Assembly: GCF_001194135.2 (NCBI RefSeq)
Contig: NC_068984.1
Location: 137,205,433-137,238,034, forward strand
DNA from: Octopus bimaculoides
Taxonomy: Eukaryota
Length of the DNA: 32,602 nt
Direction: 5' to 3'
This document shows positions 11,162 through 21,060 of this stretch, piece by piece; the stretch's first letter is position 1; each line of letters starts with the position of its first letter. The translations under genes and the position numbers were made by a program. The notes below the pieces were generated by a model. That model searched no databases. It saw nothing but the letters and a program-made list of their open reading frames with translations, and was not told the DNA's origin.

Positions 11162-11266
11162 GCTCAAGAAGCAGCTATTATAGTTAGTTCCTTGTGCTTT
11201 GATTACAAGATCTACAGCTTTACTATGTGGGAAGCTGTTCTTGCCAAAATGAAGAATCTAAATATG
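11162..11266 (+). CDS. KNTC1: KNTC1 exon k (AQEAAIIVSSLCFDYKIYSFTMWEAVLAKMKNLNM)
   Basis: ttttacag acceptor, GTAAGT donor; phase 0 to 0; matches ROD LCLEYKIYDLQLW. Confidence 0.93.
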
Positions 11267-11521
11267 GTAAGTACCAGTCTTCATATCTCCTCTCTCTCTC
11301 TCTCTCTCCCTCTCTCTCTCTCTCCCTCTCTCCCTCTCTCTCTCTCTCTCTCTCACGGAAATGCTTATATGACAATGATGCTCATTTACAATCATCATAT
11401 ATCAGGTCATGGGTGCACACACACATGCATACATACGTACGTCTATATATATATATATATATATACTTTTGTTATTTACACCACCTGTCCTCGTCTGTTG
11501 TTATTTTTTGTATATTCTCCC

Positions 11522-11554
<33 letters not shown>

Positions 11555-11559
11555 TACAA

Positions 11560-12810
11560 ACTCACACACACGTATGTGACAGGCTTCTTTCAGTTTCCAT
11601 CTACCACATCCACTCACAAGGCTTTGGTTGACCAAAGGTTAAAGCAGGAGATACTTGCCCAAGATGTCATGCAGTAGGACTGAACCTGAAACCAGATGGT
11701 CAGAAAGCAACCATCTTACCACACTGCCTTCTCCCCAACCCCTACATTAACAAGAAAACCAAAATAGCTTGCATTCCTATAATTCTTTGCCAAGTTTAAA
11801 AGCACCTTAACAACATGCTAACTGAACCATTAGCACACCAGGTAAAATGCTTAGTGCCATTTCATCCGTCTTCACATTCTGAGTTCAACTTAGCCTTTCG
11901 TTCTTTCAGGGTCAATAAAATAAACTCCAGTTGATTACTCGGGGGCGTTGTAATTGAGTTACCCCTTCCTCAAAGTTACTGGTACTGTGCCAAAATTTGA
12001 AGCCAATTTTTTAAATACGACATGTTCAAGTGTTGGGCCCCATGGAGGCAGTGACAGGCGACAAAGACCCTTGGCGATATACCGTACCAGTGACATGTAA
12101 AAACCACCCACTATACTCTCGGAGTGGTTGGTGTTAGGAAGGGCATTTAGCTGTAGAAACGTTGCCAAATCAGATTGAAACGTGGTACAGGCCCCCGGCT
12201 TACCAGTTTTCAGTTAAACCATCCAACCCAGGCCAACCAAAGCTTTGTGAGGTGGAAACTGAAAGAATCCCATTGTATGTTTGTATCTACCTTGGTCTGG
12301 ACATCATATGATGATTGTAAATAAGAATCCTCCTCCTCCTCTTCCAAGGAAGGTTATTCATTTGCAGTGTCAGGCCATGTGAAAATCTTACGTTGCCTGG
12401 CAACAAGTGAGGGTCTGCAAGAGAAGGGGCAGCCAGCCATAAAAATATTTGCCTCAACATGGAAAATCATCATTATCATCGTCATCATCATTTAACTTGT
12501 TTTCCATGCTGGCATGGGTTGAATGGTTTGACAGGAGCTGGCCTGTCAGAGAGCTGCGTCAGACTCCAATTGTCTGCTTTTGGTATGGTTTCCACAGCTG
12601 GATGCTCTTCCTGGTGCCAACCACTTTAAAGTGTACTGGGTGCTTTTCACATGGCACCAACACCAGTACTTTATAAGTGGCACCAGCATGGCTGCTTTGT
12701 ACTTGGTACCAGCACATGTACATTTTATGTGGTACCTGCATGGGTGCTTTATATGTGGCATCTGTGGGTCCTTGTTATGAGAAACCAGCACAGGTGCTTT
12801 GTACATGACA
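11560..12810. mobile_element. SINE cluster: B head (-, 11560-11728), A (+, 11820-12010), D (+, 12040-12230), B/tail-2 (+, 12236-12470), D (-, 12478-12810)
   Basis: Shared family modules; boundaries approximate. Confidence 0.7.
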
Positions 12811-12997
12811 CTGTACATTAAATGATGACGATGAAAATTCATCTGCAGCTTCCCCATACCCTGGGCCCTGTGATATGGAAAAAACTGATCTAATATAGGC
12901 ATCATGAGGGAGATATTGGCAACCATTTCAATCAGACCAAGCAACCACGTAGAGGCGTACTCTTCGTCTCATTTCTGTTTTTGTTTTTGTTTTGCAG

Positions 12998-13109
12998 ATG
13001 AAAGAACTTGAACATATTCTCCTACACATTATTGAGATCCCATCACTTGATGTGTTACCATCGTTGCCTTCAGCCTGGCAAACCATCATTGTTTCCATTT
13101 TGAATAAAT
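12998..13109 (+). CDS. KNTC1: KNTC1 exon l (MKELEHILL...SAWQTIIVSILNK)
   Basis: ttttgcag acceptor, GTAAGT donor; phase 0 to 1; AWQ motif. Confidence 0.9.
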
Positions 13110-13142
13110 GTAAGTTTTGTTTTTATTCTTCTTTCCACATTT

Positions 13143-13680
13143 CTGCATCATTGTCATCGTTTAACGTCTGCTTTCCATCCTGGCATGGGTTGGACGGTTT
13201 GACTGAGGACTGGCAAGCCAGAAGGCTGCACCAGGCTCCAATCTGATCTTACAAGGTTTCTGCAACTAGATGTCCTTCCTAACAGCAACCACTCCAAGAG
13301 TGTAGTGGGTGCTTTTTACGTGCAAATGGCACAGGTGGCACTGGCATTGATCACGCTCGAATGGTGCTTTTTACATGCACCCGGCACAGGTGCCAGTCAG
13401 GTGGCACTGGCATCAATCACGCTCGAATGGTGCTTTTTATGTGCCACTGGTGTGTTCACAAGAAACAATCATTGCTTTCATTTCCTAATTTTGTTTCGGC
13501 ACATGAACAAGAAATTACCAGGAGTGACTGTGTGTTAAGAAGCTTGCTTCCCAACCAGGTGGTTCTGGGTTCGGTCCAGCTGCGTGGCACCTTGGGCGAG
13601 TGTCTTCTAATATAGCCTCAGGCTGCCCAAAGCCTTGTGAGTGGATTTGGTTGGCAGAAACTGAAAGAAGCTCGTCATAT
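13143..13680. mobile_element. family D (-, 13143-13452, two to three 66-bp units) followed by family B head (+, 13520-13680)
   Basis: TCATCGTTTAACGTC tail; GAATGGTGC units at 13359 and 13425. Confidence 0.8.
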
Positions 13681-14014
13681 ATATGTATATATATATATAT
13701 ATATGAGAATATTATTGTTTATAATAATATCAGTGGATTAGCAAGCATAAAAAACCTATAATGGTATAAATTATCAATTAATAATTAAGGCTACTAACAA
13801 GCAGTACCAGCATGCTAAATATAGCAGTCCAGAAACAGCCCTTGGAAGTCTCCATCTTTTGGGGAATTATGCATTGTTAGAATTTATATTATCACTTTTT
13901 CTACTTTTTACACACTTCTTTATGTAACCCCATTTTGTCTTGTCCAGTACCACTCCCAACGTTTTTGTAAACCCTTAATGGTAAATAAAGCATTATTATT
14001 ATTATTATTTCCAG

Positions 14015-14075
14015 CTTCTGTTAATACAGATGAGGAACGAGATGAATGCCTACATGCTTTCAACCTAATTCAAAG
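14015..14075 (+). CDS. KNTC1: KNTC1 exon m (SSVNTDEERDECLHAFNLIQR)
   Basis: tttccag acceptor, GTTTGT donor; phase 1 to 2. Confidence 0.85.
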
Positions 14076-14387
14076 GTTTGTGGGTTCTCAGCAATTTTTT
14101 TAATTTATTTCTGATCAAGACAACTACTTTCTTTTTCCTTATTGCAGTAAATAAGATATATTAGTTGGCACTTAGTACATCAAGTAGAATACCTTGTAGT
14201 GTATGATCCAACACTCTGCTCTCTGAGTTCAAATTCTGCCACAGTCACCTTCACCTCTCATGCCATCAGATTTGATATAGAAAATAAAATTAAAAGACGT
14301 GCCCACCCATGGTGATGGATTGGCAGATCCATAAGAATATTGGGCTGAATACCTTGTGGTATTTGTTCCAGATTTTGCATTCCTCAT

Positions 14388-14770
14388 CATTATCATCATT
14401 TAACATCCTCTTTCCCATGCTTTCATGGATCAAGTGGAATTTGTTGAGACAGATTTTCTATGGCTGGATGCTCTTCCTGGTGCCAAGCCTCCTCTGTTTC
14501 CAAACAAGATGATATTTCCCACTGGCCAGGCATGTTTTTTTCAAGGACAACTGGAAATGGACATTATCATTTGTATGATGACCCTGTTCTGTTACAACCA
14601 TCACGTAATGGTCAAGACAAGGCTTTACATACACGACAAGCTTCTTACAGTTTTCATCTACCAGATTCACTCCCAAGGCATCGGTTGGCACATGGTTATT
14701 GTAGAATGCACTTACACAAGGTGCTGTGCAGTTGGGACTGAACCTGAGACCATGTGGTTTGGAAGCATAC
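14388..14770 (-). mobile_element. family B head with tail-2 (RTE-type end)
   Basis: Tail shared with 20095-20290 (+) and 9345-9500 (-). Confidence 0.7.
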
Positions 14771-15057
14771 TTGCATTTGTAAGTTCAAATCCTGCCAGTT
14801 GATGACTCAATCAATCACCCAGATCAATATCACGACTTGATTACCTCTGGTGGCATCCACCCTGTTTCAAGCATTTAGACCAAGGGTCCAGTTTGAAGAT
14901 TCCTTCCTTCCTTTCCAATGACCCCTTTAAAAGGTCATTGTGAGTGACTGCTTCCCTCCTGACTAAAAACATAAAAGACACAACTTTGCTTCTTTGTTTT
15001 TGTTTTTATTTGCTTTATGTTGTTCTTATGATATTTTGTTTTTCCCCTTTTTTCCAG

Positions 15058-15181
15058 ATGTCCTGATGTCCTGTCTCTGGACCTTGATCTACTTGCCAAA
15101 CACTTCCACCATTTGGAGCTTCCTGTCTGTGCCATTTCTTGCCTCCTCATGTCCGCTGTCGTTAACAACAAATTACTTCAG
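15058..15181 (+). CDS. KNTC1: KNTC1 exon n (RCPDVLSLDLDLLAKHFHHLELPVCAISCLLM...)
   Basis: tttccag acceptor, GTATTT donor; phase 2 to 0; matches ROD CPVSGDLDL..LELPAFALACLM. Confidence 0.93.
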
Positions 15182-15520
15182 GTATTTTGAGCTTTTTATC
15201 TTTTACTTGTTTCAGTCATTGGACTGTGGCCATGCAGAGGCAAACTACTTGATGACCTCCCTAGTGCTGGTGCTTTGGAGAAGCATCCAGTAAATGCTGT
15301 AAAGTGGTTGGCATTAGGAAGGGCACCCAAGCATAGAAACCATTCCAAAGCTGACAAGGAGCACATCTCAGTCTGTAGATGCATCGGACACTGTCAAACT
15401 GTCCAGCTCATGCCAACATGGAACATTGATGTTAAATGATGGTAACATTGTTTTATAATATTTCTCTCTCTCTTTTCCAAAGATTACTTCTAAGAATTAT
15501 TTTTTTTTTTTTTTCTCCAG

Positions 15521-15607
15521 AGCATTCTTTCTATTGGTGCCGAGAAGCTGTTCAATTCTTTCCTATTAACAAGAACCAAATGTATTGCTTCTGCTGTATC
15601 TTATGAG
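15521..15607 (+). CDS. KNTC1: KNTC1 exon o (SILSIGAEKLFNSFLLTRTKCIASAVSYE)
   Basis: poly-T + ctccag acceptor, GTCAGT donor; phase 0 to 0. Confidence 0.82.
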
Positions 15608-15724
15608 GTCAGTAAATGTTTCTCAGTCTGTTCAGTTTGTCTAACATTCCTTCTCAAGGTAAATCATGCAGTATTTCGTGTTCTAAAACAACCTCATTAT
15701 CATCGTTGTCGTTTGACCAAACTC

Positions 15725-16045
15725 GAATGGTGCTTTTTACATGCTACCTACATGGGTGCCAGTCAGGCGGCACTGGCATTGACCATACTAGAATGATGCT
15801 TTTCACATGCCACCAGCAGAGGTACCAGTTTGGCAGTACTGGCATCGACCACATTCAAATGATGTTTTTCACGTGCTGCCGGCATGGGTGCCAGTCAGGC
15901 GACACTGGCATCGATCACGCTCGAATGGTACTTTTTACATTCCACCGGCACGGGTACTAGTCAGGCAGCACTGACATCGGTCATGCTTGAATGGTGCTTT
16001 TTACGTGCCACCGACACGAGTGCCAGTCAGGCGGTACTGGCATTG
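15725..16045. repeat. 66-bp minisatellite, 5 units, derived from family D element
   Basis: Unit starts at 15725, 15791, 15857, 15923 and 15989. Confidence 0.9.
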
Positions 16046-16136
16046 GCAGCCAGCACAAGATCAATACTTTTTACTATTAATACTGCTTCTGTTGCTATTA
16101 ATTATCTGTTTACCTTTCATTTTATATTACTTCTAG

Positions 16137-16271
16137 GTCATGGTGTTAATTTTCCAGTTAATAATGGAAGAAAACTTGAGTCACATTGTGGAGAAGTCTC
16201 CTTACAAAGATGCATATTGTGAATACGTCCAACAGAATCAGAACTGTCTGCAGAATGGCATAAGTTATTGA
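16137..16271 (+). CDS. KNTC1: KNTC1 terminal coding exon (VMVLIFQLIMEE...NGISY*)
   Basis: cttctag acceptor; open frame to TGA at 16269-16271; similar to ROD LILNNIINKKEFGILAKTKY. Confidence 0.8.
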   Translation, partial: VMVLIFQLIMEENLSHIVEKSPYKDAYCEYVQQNQNCLQNGISY

Positions 16272-16604
16272 AGGCTTTCTTGAGTGAAGTTTGTCTTGTC
16301 TCTCGTCTTTCAACAAGTGTTTGTATGTTTTGCTAGAACAAGTGTGTTCGTGCATGTGTAATGTATTTCATATAAGAACAAGTTAATGAAATTGGATCAA
16401 ATTTGAGCCAAAAATATCTGGTAGGTGTGTGTGTTTGTATATATGTGTATATATGTCAGTATCTTTTGTTGAACTGCTCAGTTGGAGGAACATAAACTAA
16501 CCAACACCAATTCTCAGGTGGCAGTGGACTGAGGCACGCACACACACACATGTGTATGTATGAATATGTGTGTGTGTGTGTATGTATATATATATATATA
16601 TATA

Positions 16605-17866
16605 TCAGGCTGAGTAAAAAGTAAGCAACGTTTTGAAACATGAAATTCTTCACAATATATTTCAACAATATGGAAATTTTATTCATCTAAGTAAGTACCA
16701 TTACAATCGACACATTTTTGCCAACGAGTTACAAGTTTGTTTATTCCGGTAACATAAAAATCTGGAGTTCTGGAATGCACTTTCAGCATCAGTTTGATTT
16801 TTGAATTCCTTCTCTCGCAGGAAACCATCAAGGTGCTTGAAAAAGTGGTAGTCAGTAGGAGAAAGGTCTAGGGAGTAAGCTAATAAGCTGGGTGGAGGAG
16901 AACTTCATAGCCAAGTTCCCTAAACTTCTGGAGCGCCATTAGTGAAACGTGTGGTTGATCATTGTCCTGAAGAATGATTGGCCCTTTTCTGTTTGGCCAG
17001 TCTGGGATGGAGGAGTAGCAGTTTTTCATTCATTTTGGCAATTCCATGGCAATATGTTTCTGCAGTAGTGGTTTTTCCAGGTTTTAAGAAGTTATAGTGG
17101 ATGAATCCAGCAGTACACCACCAAACAGTCACCATAACCTTCTTTTTGAAGAGCTTGGGTTTAGGGAAGGTTTTCGGTGCTTCATTTTGGTCCAACCACT
17201 GCGAAGAAAATTTTTTATTATTGTACAGAATCCACTTTCCGTTGCAAGTTACAATACAGTCAAGAAATGGATCAGTCTAGTGACAGAGAAGTAACGACAA
17301 GCAACTGTATCTGTACATTTTCTGATTTTCATTCAAATTATGTGGTACTCATTTGTCAAGCTTTTTTGATTTTTCCAATCACATGCAAATGGTTGCAGGC
17401 AATTTTCTGGCTAACTTGAAGTTCTTTTGCCAGTTCTCGGGCGGCTTTACGTTGATCTTTCTCAATGACAGTCTTTAATTAACTGTCATCAAAGACAGAC
17501 GGGCGTCCACTATGCTCACGGTCTTCAAGGCTCAGGTCTCCCCTGCGGAATCATTTAAACCATTTTTCAGCTGACCACTCACTGGTCATTTCCTCACGAT
17601 ACGTTTCATTGATATCGCGAGCAGTTTCAGCCGATTTACGTCCTTTTTTGAAGTTGAATAGCAAAATTGCTCGAATATCACACATTGACAGTTCCATTTC
17701 AGATGTAACAACGGTGAAAAAAATATCAAAGTTAATTTACTGATGTATTTGAGCAAGTCTATGTCTGTGTTATCAGACAATTGCAAAGAAATGTTTTAAA
17801 ACAATTCAAATATCCGGTACAAATTCTTCATGGTTCAAAACATTGCTGACTTTTTACTCAACCTAA
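16605..17866 (-). mobile_element. full-length degenerate mariner (Hsmar1/cecropia-like) with transposase pseudogene
   Basis: ~40-bp TIRs (TCAGGCTGAGTAAAAAGTAAGCAACGTTTTGAA vs reverse-complement TTAGGTTGAGTAAAAAGTCAGCAATGTTTTGAA), TA on both sides, 1262 bp. Frameshifted transposase contains EAPKTFPKPKL..KKVMVTVWW..G.IHY.FL.PG.T and the C-terminal QKCVDCNG.Y. Confidence 0.95.
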
Positions 17867-18019
17867 TATATATATAGCTTGTTTTTAATGAAGTATATTC
17901 TATATAATATATTATAATGTGTTATGGTTCCTACATGTAACTTAACTATGGACTGAAATTAGACTCACTCTATTATACACACAACATTTATATTACTTTA
18001 ACTGATAAACTAATTATCT

Positions 18020-18395
18020 TATCCCTGTGTCACTCACTAGACTACGGCCATGCTGGAGTACCATCTTGAAAGGCTTTGGTCAAATAGATCAATTGCCTAT
18101 TGTACTTCTTTGTTTGTTTTTAACATTGTATTTATTCATTCTGTCAGTTTCTTACGTTGAACTGCTCAGTTAGGGGGAGCATAAACAAACCAACACCAGT
18201 TCTCACATGGCAGTGGAGTGAGGCACACACGTGTGTATGCATGTGTATATATATATAAACATACATACACACGCAACACACTACAAAAGGCTTTCACACA
18301 GTTTTCATCTATAAAATTCGCTCACATGGCATTGGTCAGCCCAGGGCTATAAAAGACGACACTTGTCCAATATGTCCCACAGTTGGATTCTGCCA
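18020..18395 (-). mobile_element. old family B SINE
   Basis: GGCCATGCTGGAGTACC..GAACTGCTCAGTT..GGTCAGCCCAGGGCTATA..GACACTTG. Confidence 0.7.
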
Positions 18396-18889
18396 GCTTG
18401 CATCCATGAAAGAATAACATAATATTGCCATAGTTAGAAGAATTCCAAATGGTTCATCTTCAGGGCTGTGATGTCAAGGAAGGGAGGGGAAAAGGGCTGA
18501 GAGAAGTATGTGCCCTCATATTTGTTTTGTATCCCTTGTCAATTATTCCAATAGAGAGAATATAAATCCCTTATCTTTCCTTTCCCTTTTTCTTATCATC
18601 TCAACCCTGAAGAATTTCTTTGAAACATCAGAAATTCCATTTTCTGAGGTAATATTATTTCACTTATGTGTGCATAAGCATGTGTATATGTATGTATGAC
18701 ATTTTTTCCCCCCTTTCTTTATATTCTCATTACTATATCTGCCTGTCAAAACTGATTCTTGCTTCTGTATCTGCTTGTCAGTCTCCCTTGGGCTGAATTG
18801 CTTAAAAAAACCTACTTCTTATTTTCCTTTGAAGAACTGTCAGAGTGAAAACTGGTTGGAAAGTAATGTAAAAATATTTAATATATCTA

Positions 18890-18895
18890 AATAAA
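18890..18895 (+). promoter_or_regulatory. candidate polyadenylation signal of KNTC1
   Basis: First canonical + strand AATAAA found by eye after the stop; followed by U/GU-rich sequence. Confidence 0.3.
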
Positions 18896-19147
18896 ATATA
18901 GAATCTGTTATTTGTCTTTTAATTTATTTAAAAGTATTACAATTGATTTCATTTTACTCTGCATTTTCATCCCTTTGTGTGTGTGTGTGTGTGGAGCTGG
19001 GTGCATATTAATATTTAGGAGAAACAACAGTGATTCAAGGAGGTCGATAGTTTTGTGTGTTGGCACTCTGTTGCTTCTGTTAAATATTAATAAAAATATT
19101 CATATACTATTTCTGAGTTCTGTTTTTCCTGTTTGCATCACCATACA

Positions 19148-19491
19148 TACATCATCATCATCATCGTTTAATGTCTGCTTTCCATGCTGGCATGGGTTGG
19201 ACGGTTTGACTGGGAACTAGTAAGCCAGGGGGCTGCACCAGGCTCCAATCTGATCTGGCAAGGTTTCTACAGCTGGATGCCCTTCCTAATGCCAACCACT
19301 CCAAGAGTGTAGCGAGTGCTTTTTACATGCCACCAGCACGGGAGCCAGTCTGGTGGCACTGGTATCAGCCACGTTCAGATGATGCTTTTTACATGCTACC
19401 AGCACAGGGAGCCAGTCAGGCGACACTGGCAACGACCCACGCATGAATGGTGCTTATTCATGTGTGGGTCGTTGCCAGTGCTGCCTGATTG
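19148..19491 (-). mobile_element. family D element ending in a foldback inversion
   Basis: (CAT)n tail, RTE-type module, 66-bp units, then a 36-bp inverted repeat. Confidence 0.85.
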
Positions 19492-19861
19492 CACCCCCCC
19501 CACACACACACACAATTATAATAATCACTTCGATGCGAGTATATGCATATATACGTACATGTATGTACATACCTACATCTACATGTATATATAGATGCAT
19601 ATCTGGGTACAGGACGTTGCAAAAAAACGTGGACAAAATGATAACAGTACAGAAAACACATAGAGAACATTTCCTTCATCAGCTGCCACCATTCTAAAAC
19701 TACGTGCTTCGAAGAGTTTGGGCAGGACGCATTGTTAGAATGGCTCTTCCCACGGACCACAAATTAAATTTGTAATGTGGAGGAATGTAGTGGCAGACAA
19801 AATAAGACAGGAAAACGATATATATATATATATACACACACACACACGCACGCACATATAT

Positions 19862-20090
19862 GGCTTGTCCACATTACTCCATAAGGATCATAGGATCAGT
19901 TTCTCTGGTGCATACATTCCTTCCTGGACGGGATGCCAGTCCGTGCAAGATTTTTCATTTTTACCAGCTGAGTGGACTGAAGCAACGTGAAATTACGTGT
20001 TTTGTTCAAGAACGCAACACATTGCCCAGTCCGCGAATCGAAGTTACGACCATGCGTCCAACACCCTAACCACTTAGCCATGCACCTCCA
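19862..20090 (-). mobile_element. tRNA-derived SINE, family E
   Basis: Head TGGCTAAGTGGTTAGGGTGTTGGACGC and GGACTGGCATCCCGTCCAGG module; related + copy at ~28475-28700. Confidence 0.7.
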
Positions 20091-20369
20091 CTCTATATGT
20101 GTGTGTGTATGTCTTTATCTTGACATCACATGATAGTTGCAAATGAGTATCATTGTCATACAAACAGTAGCGTTCATTTGCAATATTTTGCAAACTTGTC
20201 TGTCCTTGGGACAATATTTCCGTTACTTGGAAACAGGTAAGGGTTGGTGACAGGAAAAGCATAAAAAATCTACCTCGATAAACTATTTCTTTTCTTCCTC
20301 ATCAAGTTTTTGGCCATTTGCCTATCTCAGAAACAATTAGAAATAACAAAGGATCACTTATGATTATTT

Positions 20370-20375
20370 TTTATT
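20370..20375 (-). promoter_or_regulatory. candidate polyadenylation signal of the FAM167 gene
   Basis: AATAAA on the - strand about 28 nt after the stop codon. Confidence 0.45.
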
Positions 20376-20402
20376 ACCATTAATTGTCATCGTCATCGTC
20401 GT

Positions 20403-20657
20403 CTAACTACAGGAGAACCGCCTTGAACATATATTCATCTTGGTCAGTCCGCAGTGTCTTAGTTTTGATTCGCTGTACTTGAGAGGTGGCGCATCGCACA
20501 AATCAATCAATCGATCTCTTTCTTCAACTTCGTCGATCGCATCGTCCAAAAGATCTTGGTGGGTTTGACAGGCTCTTTGCACTTTTAGTATTTGGATGTC
20601 TCGGTATATCTGTAAGAACTGCGTGGCGAGTTGTTCGTCATGTTGTCGCAGCTGTAC
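20403..20657 (-). CDS. FAM167A: FAM167-family protein, terminal exon (VQLRQHDEQLATQ...GLTKMNICSRRFSCS*)
   Basis: Strong match to the remembered FAM167A C-terminal domain (EMRLQDQQLARQL..IGVTKMNINSRRFSLC); ttttcattgaag acceptor; phase 0. Confidence 0.92.
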   Translation of the reverse strand, partial: VQLRQHDEQLATQFLQIYRDIQILKVQRACQTHQDLLDDAIDEVEERDRLIDLCDAPPLKYSESKLRHCGLTKMNICSRRFSCS

Positions 20658-20929
20658 CTTCAATGAAAACATTTTATTTATATAAGTTTGGGTTTGGTTT
20701 TTTACGATAAAGAAAAAAATTACAATGAGACATAAATTTCTTTTAAATGCAGAATAAATAATAAATTTTTAGCTTAAGTATTTCTTTTAATCATATATTT
20801 GGTTTTTTGCATAGTGGGAATCTCCGTCATCGAAAACAGGAATCCGCTGAACAAAAAAATCGGAAGGGTCATATGGGGGGGGGGGGGACTACAGCCCCCT
20901 ATATGAGCAAAGGCCAAAATTTGACATCC

Positions 20930-21060
20930 CTTCCCTTTAGAACCTTCCCTGAGTAATGAAAAACCTTCGTGCCAAATTTTATATAGATTGATCCAGCAGT
21001 TTGGCTGACCATAGAGGAAACACACACACAGACTAAATTTTATAGATACAGATGTACAAA
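20930..21060 (+). mobile_element. Helitron/HINE-like non-autonomous element end (tentative)
   Basis: GTGCCAAATTTT..GATCCAGCAGTTTTGG..AAACACACACACAGAC..TTTTATAGATA resembles ends of Lep1/HINE-type elements. Confidence 0.4.

Larger units (their letters stand above)
254..16271 (+). other. KNTC1: KNTC1/ROD gene, 3' part (16 coding exons; 5' exons outside window)
   Basis: Manually spliced exons give one uninterrupted 599-aa frame. It aligns in order with the remembered human ROD C-terminal region (FHSLFGEPWHIISKEL, SLKFC..EWL, LYQHPS, IWKNHS, LCFDYKIY..W, CPDV..LDL..LELP). Confidence 0.93.

Noticed and set aside
15616-15960. ORF with 22-aa Cys/His repeats (RMVLFTC..HGCQSGGTGIDH) resembling a metal-binding repeat protein
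   Set aside because: It is a translation of the intronic 66-bp minisatellite, interrupted by a stop at 15960, with no splice support. Similar ORFs appear at each family D copy (13361, 19316, 2293, 4944).
15725-16045. CRISPR-like array (regular period, hairpin in each unit)
   Set aside because: The whole 66-bp unit repeats, with no unique spacers; eukaryotic intron; unit derives from a SINE.
16269-16283. Stop read-through by A-to-I editing (TGA to TGG)
   Set aside because: Would add only WRLS before the next TGA.
18782-18850. Possible further KNTC1 exon (LPWAELLKKTYF, faintly like the ROD end)
   Set aside because: No phase-compatible donor upstream; similarity too weak.
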